Source of the DNA: an uncultured Gemmatimonadaceae bacterium
GTDB taxonomy: Bacteria > Gemmatimonadota > Gemmatimonadetes > Gemmatimonadales > GWC2-71-9
DNA length: 64,000 nt
Direction of reading: 5' to 3'
Assembly: GCA_964465315.1 (NCBI GenBank)
Contig: CAYXIK010000010.1
Coordinates: 10,219 to 74,218 of the forward strand
The notes below the pieces were generated by a model, which was given only the letters and a program-made list of their open reading frames with translations, was not told the origin of the DNA and made no database searches. Positions 59,962-64,000 of the stretch are shown piece by piece; position 1 is the stretch's first letter; every line of letters starts with the position of its first letter. A program made the position numbers and the translations under genes.

Positions 59962-61346
59962 CGCGGCCCCGCGGTCGCGGCCCTATACGGATCGCCGGAG
60001 GGCAGGGGTTCTGGGGCGACTGGCTCGAAGCGCCGTATCGACAGGTGACCGGCGGGCCGGTCGATTACTTGATGATGGACTATCTCGCCGAAGTCACGAT
60101 GTCCATCCTTCAGAAGCAGAAGTCCCGCGATTCGTCGCTCGGGTACGCCAAGGACTTCGTTCCGCTCGTGGAGCGGCTTCTCCCGATCCTCGCCCAACGA
60201 CACATCAAGGTCACGTCGAACGCCGGGGGCGTGAACCCCCGAGCCTGCGCGCAAGCGGTGGCCGAGGTCGCCCGGCGCTTGGGGCTCGGTGGCAAGCTTC
60301 GCATCGGCGTCGTGACCGGCGACGACCTGCTCGCCCGACTGGACGGACTCCTCGCCCGCGGGCATGAGCTCAAGAACCTTGACACCGGCCGGCCGCTGTC
60401 GGACGTGCGGGATCGGGTGCTCTCGGCCAACGCGTACCTGGGCGCGTGGCCGGTGGTCGACGCGCTGCGGCGCGGCGCGGACGTCGTCGTGACGGGCCGC
60501 GTGACGGATACGGGGTTGACGCTCGCGCCGATGATTCACGCGTTCGACTGGCGACCCGACGCGTGGGACCTGCTCGCGGCCGGCACCGTCGCCGGACACA
60601 CGATCGAGTGCGGGGCCCAGTGCAGCGGAGGGAACTGCCTCAAGGATTGGCGCCGAATCCCAGACCTGGCCAACGTGGGGTACCCCATCGTCGAGGCTGC
60701 GGCGGACGGCACCTTCGAGATCACAAAGCACCCCGGCACCGGCGGGCGGGTCGACGTGGCCGGTGTGACCGAGCAGCTCGTCTACGAGATGGGCAAACCC
60801 ACCGAATACATCACGCCGGACTGCATCGCCGACTTCACGACGATTCACCTGACACAAGCGGGGAAGGACCGGGTGCGATTCACGGGGATCAAGGGCCGCC
60901 CGGCGACGGGTAAGCTCAAAGTCTCGGTCGCGTATTTCTACGGGTACAAGGCCGTAGGAACATTGGTGTACGCCTGGCCCGACGCGTATGCAAAGGCCCA
61001 GGCCGCGGACCGCGTCCTCCGCCAGCGCCTCACGGCCCTCGGCCTCAAGTTCGAGGCCGTGTTGACGGAATTCGTCGGTGCGGACGCGACGCACGGCGCG
61101 CTCGCACGCGCGAGCGCCCCGCTCGACGACCTCCCCGAAGTCCAGCTCCGGATCGGCGTGCGCTCCCCAGACAAGGCGCCGGTTGAGCGCTTCACGCGGG
61201 AGATCGCACCCCTCATTCTCAACGGACCGCCGAGCGTGACCGGGTTTGCCGGCGGACGACCGAAGCCGGAGGAGATCGTCGCCTACTGGCCCGCGCTACT
61301 CGACAAGCGTATGGTGGAGCCGTGCGTGGAAATCGTGGACGTATGA
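59958..61346 (+). CDS. AtuA-like (DUF1446, acyclic terpene utilisation) protein
   Basis: Track ORF 59505..61346, trimmed to GTG 59958 (GTGA overlap). [21 protein letters not shown]...[16 protein letters not shown]...[14 protein letters not shown]. Confidence 0.8.
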   Translation: MTRPRGRGPIRIAGGQGFWGDWLEAPYRQVTGGPVDYLMMDYLAEVTMSILQKQKSRDSSLGYAKDFVPLVERLLPILAQRHIKVTSNAGGVNPRACAQAVAEVARRLGLGGKLRIGVVTGDDLLARLDGLLARGHELKNLDTGRPLSDVRDRVLSANAYLGAWPVVDALRRGADVVVTGRVTDTGLTLAPMIHAFDWRPDAWDLLAAGTVAGHTIECGAQCSGGNCLKDWRRIPDLANVGYPIVEAAADGTFEITKHPGTGGRVDVAGVTEQLVYEMGKPTEYITPDCIADFTTIHLTQAGKDRVRFTGIKGRPATGKLKVSVAYFYGYKAVGTLVYAWPDAYAKAQAADRVLRQRLTALGLKFEAVLTEFVGADATHGALARASAPLDDLPEVQLRIGVRSPDKAPVERFTREIAPLILNGPPSVTGFAGGRPKPEEIVAYWPALLDKRMVEPCVEIVDV

Positions 61347-61708
61347 AATCCAAGCGTCGCACGGTCGCACGGTCGGACCGCAAAGCCAAGAGCCGGGTCC
61401 CGCTGCTGGAGCTGGCGCACGCACGCTCCGGCGACAAGGGCGATACCGCGAACATTGGACTCATCGCGCTCAAGCCCGCGTACTACCCCATTCTCGTGAA
61501 ACAGGTGACGGCGGCGCGCGTGGCCCGGCACTTCAAAGGCATGATCAAGGGAGACGTGCAGCGTTACGAGCTCCCGAACCTGCACGCCTTGAATTTCCTG
61601 CTGCACGGCGCGCTGGACGGAGGCGGGACGATTTCCCTGAAGACCGATGCGCAGGGGAAGGTGTTCTCCACCGCGCTGCTCCGCCTCGAGGTCGAGCTCA
61701 AGAAATGA
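61343..61708 (+). CDS. Small AtuA-partner protein (DUF4387-like) with basic N-terminal extension
   Basis: Track ORF 61322..61708; ATG 61343 gives an ATGA overlap. [22 protein letters not shown]...[13 protein letters not shown]. Confidence 0.7.
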   Translation: MKSKRRTVARSDRKAKSRVPLLELAHARSGDKGDTANIGLIALKPAYYPILVKQVTAARVARHFKGMIKGDVQRYELPNLHALNFLLHGALDGGGTISLKTDAQGKVFSTALLRLEVELKK

Positions 61709-62463
61709 GCGATCGCGTGCTGGTCGCGCTCGAGAGCGGCGTCCTCACGGCCACCCTCAATCGCCCCGACAAGAAGAATGCCATCGACACACCGATGATC
61801 GACGCGTTGCTCCAGATGCTGGAGCGTGCCGACCTCGATGCCGCGGTCCGAGTGGTCGCCCTGCGCGGCGGGGGCGACGATTTCTGCGCCGGCATGGACC
61901 TCCACGAGCTGCTGGCGTCCGCCGACAAGAGCGTGGAGGAGAATCGCCGGGCGGCGCTGCGTTTCGCCGAGATCTTCGTCCGTATGCGCCAGGTTCCGAA
62001 ACCAATCGTCGCGGTCGTGCGCGGTCGAGCGCTCGCGGGCGGCTGTGGTCTCGCGACGGCGTGCGACATCGTGCTCGCCGCGGAGTCGGCCAAATTCGGC
62101 TACCCGGAGGTGCAGCGCGGCTTCGTGCCCGCGATAGTCATGACCCTCCTCAAGCGCGCCGTCGGCGAGAAGGTCGCGTTCGATCTCGCCGCGACGGGGC
62201 GGATCCTCGAGGCCCCGGAAGCGGCGGGACTGGGACTCGTGTCGCGGGTGTATGAAGAGTCGGACTTCGACGATCAGGTGGGCGAGGTGCTGCGCGCACT
62301 GGCGGCGGCGAGCGCATCGGCACTGGCATTCACCAAACAGCAGTTTTACCAGCTCGACGGCCTGGGCTTCGACGAAGGACTCCGCCTCGGCGCGGACGTG
62401 AACGCCGTGAGCCGGACGACGCCGGACTTCCGCGCGGCGTTGCAGGCGTTTCTCAAGAAATAG
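61705..62463 (+). CDS. Enoyl-CoA hydratase/isomerase (crotonase) family protein
   Basis: Track ORF 61246..62463, trimmed to ATG 61705 (ATGA overlap). LNRPDKKNAI...FCAGMDL...ALAGGCGLATACDIVLAAESAKFGYPEVQRG. Confidence 0.9.
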   Translation: MSDRVLVALESGVLTATLNRPDKKNAIDTPMIDALLQMLERADLDAAVRVVALRGGGDDFCAGMDLHELLASADKSVEENRRAALRFAEIFVRMRQVPKPIVAVVRGRALAGGCGLATACDIVLAAESAKFGYPEVQRGFVPAIVMTLLKRAVGEKVAFDLAATGRILEAPEAAGLGLVSRVYEESDFDDQVGEVLRALAAASASALAFTKQQFYQLDGLGFDEGLRLGADVNAVSRTTPDFRAALQAFLKK

Positions 62464-62547
62464 ACGACCCGGGTTGGCCCATCTTGCAACGCTCCAATTT
62501 GAAAACTGACCGGTGGACCAGAGGCCCGCTAGCTTTGCGCCCTATCG

Positions 62548-62787
62548 ATGAGCGAGAAACTGGGTCGCTTCCCGGTCCGATGCCGGCATGGCAAGCCGTG
62601 GCGCAATGGCATCGTCAGCAAGCTGGCCAGCGGCTATTCGAAAAGGACGGGTGCGACCACGTATCGGGTCGCGGTCCACTACTGCGGCGACGCCAGTTGC
62701 GCCATCGCGTCCGACCCGCTCCTTGAAGAGCCAGCGCAGGTCCTCGACGAGCTTGGCCGAGCGATCCCGCTACGCAAGATCTACTGA
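62548..62787 (+). CDS. Hypothetical 79-aa protein
   Basis: ATG-initiated ORF with high GC3 in frame. No recognisable domain. It contains scattered Cys/His (CRHG...HYCGDASC). Confidence 0.45.
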   Translation: MSEKLGRFPVRCRHGKPWRNGIVSKLASGYSKRTGATTYRVAVHYCGDASCAIASDPLLEEPAQVLDELGRAIPLRKIY

Positions 62788-62799
62788 CCGGCGGCGAGT

Positions 62800-62967
62800 G
62801 TGAGCCGCTTCTTCGTGCTCAAGGCCTGGCTCGGTGGCGCCGGTCTCGTCATCGGCCTCGCGGGCATGGCGGCGCAGCGCCGCTGGCTGGTCGAAATCGC
62901 CATCGGGCTCCTCGCCGTCGCGTTTCTCCTCCGCTTCGGCGAGCGTCGCAGGGGTTCGCCGCCCTAG
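62800..62967 (+). CDS. Hypothetical 55-aa two-TM membrane protein (below ORF-track length cutoff)
   Basis: GTG 62800 to TAG 62965-62967. Translation VSRFFVLKAWLGGAGLVIGLAGMAAQRRWLVEIAIGLLAVAFLLRFGERRRGSPP. GC3 is very high, and two hydrophobic helices are separated by QRR. Confidence 0.45.
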   Translation: MSRFFVLKAWLGGAGLVIGLAGMAAQRRWLVEIAIGLLAVAFLLRFGERRRGSPP

Positions 62968-63023
62968 TCCCTCGCGGTAAGGTTCCTGACAGGTGAGGGG
63001 CGTAGCTTTCTCACCACCATGGT

Positions 63024-64000
63024 ATGCTCCAGGAACGGCTTCTGCGCACTGTAGCCCTTGTTACGTGTGTCTGCTGCCTGACCGCGGGCTCGCTCACCGC
63101 GCAGCAGCCAGTCACACGCGCGCAAGCGGTATCCGCGGCGCTCGAACGCGGGGCGCGCGTGTTCTTGGGCCGCGCCGACACCACGCTCAGCGCCGCGGCC
63201 GTGCACGCGGCGCGGCTCTACCCGAATCCGTCCGTCTCCGCGAGTTGGTCACAAGACGTGCCGCACAACCACGTGCTCGCCGGTCTTCCGCTCGACCTCC
63301 CGTGGCTCCGCTCGGCACGCATCGGCGCCGCCCTCTCCACCCACGACGCCGCCCGTTACGGCTTTGCGTTCCAGCGTGCCACGATCCGGTTCGATACCGA
63401 CACAGGCTATACCAGGGCGCTCGCGGCATTGGCCCGCACCCGTCTGTCTCGGCGCAACGCACTCGATGCCGACAGTGTGCTCAAGATGGCCAAGCTCCGC
63501 TACGAGGTCGGGGACGCGAGTGAGCTGGATGTGCGTCTCGCGGAGGTGAACGCGGGCCAGCTCGAGAACACGGCGGCGGACGACTCGTTGACCGCCGTTG
63601 GGGCCCTGCTGGCCGTGCAGTTGGCGATGGGGCTGCCCGCCGACGAGCAGACGATCACACTCGTCGACTCCCTCACACTGCCCCTGGATTCGCTCCCGTC
63701 CGGGCCGGTCGAGCCGCTCGCCGTATCGGCCGCCGCCGCGAGCATGCGGGCCAGCGAGCGCGCCTTGACGCTGGCGCACTTGAACGCATTCCCCGCACCG
63801 ACGCTCGAGGCGGGGTTCGACCAGAACGATCCCGGAGGGCAGCGCGGCCTCCTGGCGACATTTGGCTTGTCCATCACGCTCCCTTTCTTCAACCAGAACG
63901 GTGGCGACGTCGCGCAGGCGCGGGCGGGCCGCGATCGCGCGTTGGCCACGCTGAATCTCACGCGACGGGAGGCCGCCGCAGAGGTGGCCAGCGCGTACCG
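63024..64000 (+). CDS. TolC/CzcC-family outer-membrane efflux protein; partial, runs off window
   Basis: Not in the track because there is no stop in the window. Translation from ATG 63024 reads MLQERLLRTVALVTCVCCLTAGSLTAQQPVTRAQAVSAALERGARV...LKMAKLRYEVGDASELDVRLAEVNAGQLEN...ITLPFFNQNGGDVAQARAGRDRA, which is the typical OEP repeat pattern. Track ORF 62993..63523 is in a different frame. Confidence 0.75.
   Translation, partial: MLQERLLRTVALVTCVCCLTAGSLTAQQPVTRAQAVSAALERGARVFLGRADTTLSAAAVHAARLYPNPSVSASWSQDVPHNHVLAGLPLDLPWLRSARIGAALSTHDAARYGFAFQRATIRFDTDTGYTRALAALARTRLSRRNALDADSVLKMAKLRYEVGDASELDVRLAEVNAGQLENTAADDSLTAVGALLAVQLAMGLPADEQTITLVDSLTLPLDSLPSGPVEPLAVSAAAASMRASERALTLAHLNAFPAPTLEAGFDQNDPGGQRGLLATFGLSITLPFFNQNGGDVAQARAGRDRALATLNLTRREAAAEVASAY

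Noticed and set aside
57208-61094. Minus-strand ORFs 57208..58920 (570 aa) and 59625..61094 (489 aa)
   Set aside because: They are antisense to the S8 peptidase (catalytic D/H/S motifs present) and the AtuA-like gene. No motifs were seen in them, and they have Arg-rich composition.
62993-63523. 176-aa track ORF at the TolC locus
   Set aside because: It is in the wrong frame (Arg/Pro-rich). The frame starting at ATG 63024 stays open to the window end and gives a TolC/OEP-like sequence.

Overview
Visibly high-GC bacterial chromosomal segment (roughly two-thirds G+C by eye, not computed). It is almost fully coding and organised in long, tightly packed operons. The gene content suggests a Gram-negative, Gemmatimonadota-like organism, but this taxon guess is unverified.

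Contents in order:
- A minus-strand operon: DUF4956 membrane protein, an Omp85-barrel protein with a kinase-like N-domain, and a CYTH protein. The CYTH gene is missing from the ORF track because it runs off the window.
- A Ser/Thr kinase and an FAD monooxygenase.
- A MacA-like adaptor plus two FtsX/MacB-type permeases, with no ATPase.
- tmRNA (ssrA) with a terminator.
- A ~13.5 kb minus-strand supraoperon: truA-tal-purB-purC-psd-pssA-purS-purQ-lipoprotein-Zn-ribbon-purL-purF-ppdK.
- A plus-strand supraoperon. trpD is followed by antisense lexA, then trpC-trpB, a HEAT protein, an HD-GYP protein, trpA and a TM-GAF-MCP protein. It continues with folK, panB, a Tat-signal DUF711 protein, a lipoprotein, panC, an HD protein and a LytR_C protein.
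- rlmN, then ptsN-aspS-phoH-pgpH-ybeY and two CorC-like genes.
- An acyl-CoA operon: meaB, mutase large subunit, an eRF1/Pelota-like gene, B12 subunit, MccB/AtuC-like carboxyltransferase, S8 peptidase, AtuA-like, small AtuA partner, enoyl-CoA hydratase.
- Two small ORFs and a partial TolC-family gene.

No rRNA, tRNA, CRISPR array, transposase or integrase was recognised.

Most interesting candidates:
- The release-factor-like gene inside the split mutase.
- The kinase-like/Omp85 + DUF4956 + CYTH triad.
- The HEAT/HD-GYP pair splitting trpB from trpA.
- An in-frame 24-nt repeat family in meaB and the AtuA partner gene.
- Three junctions where coding signal extends upstream of any canonical start codon (CTGA, CTGA, TAATC).

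All functional calls rest on motif recognition by eye. No database search was run.
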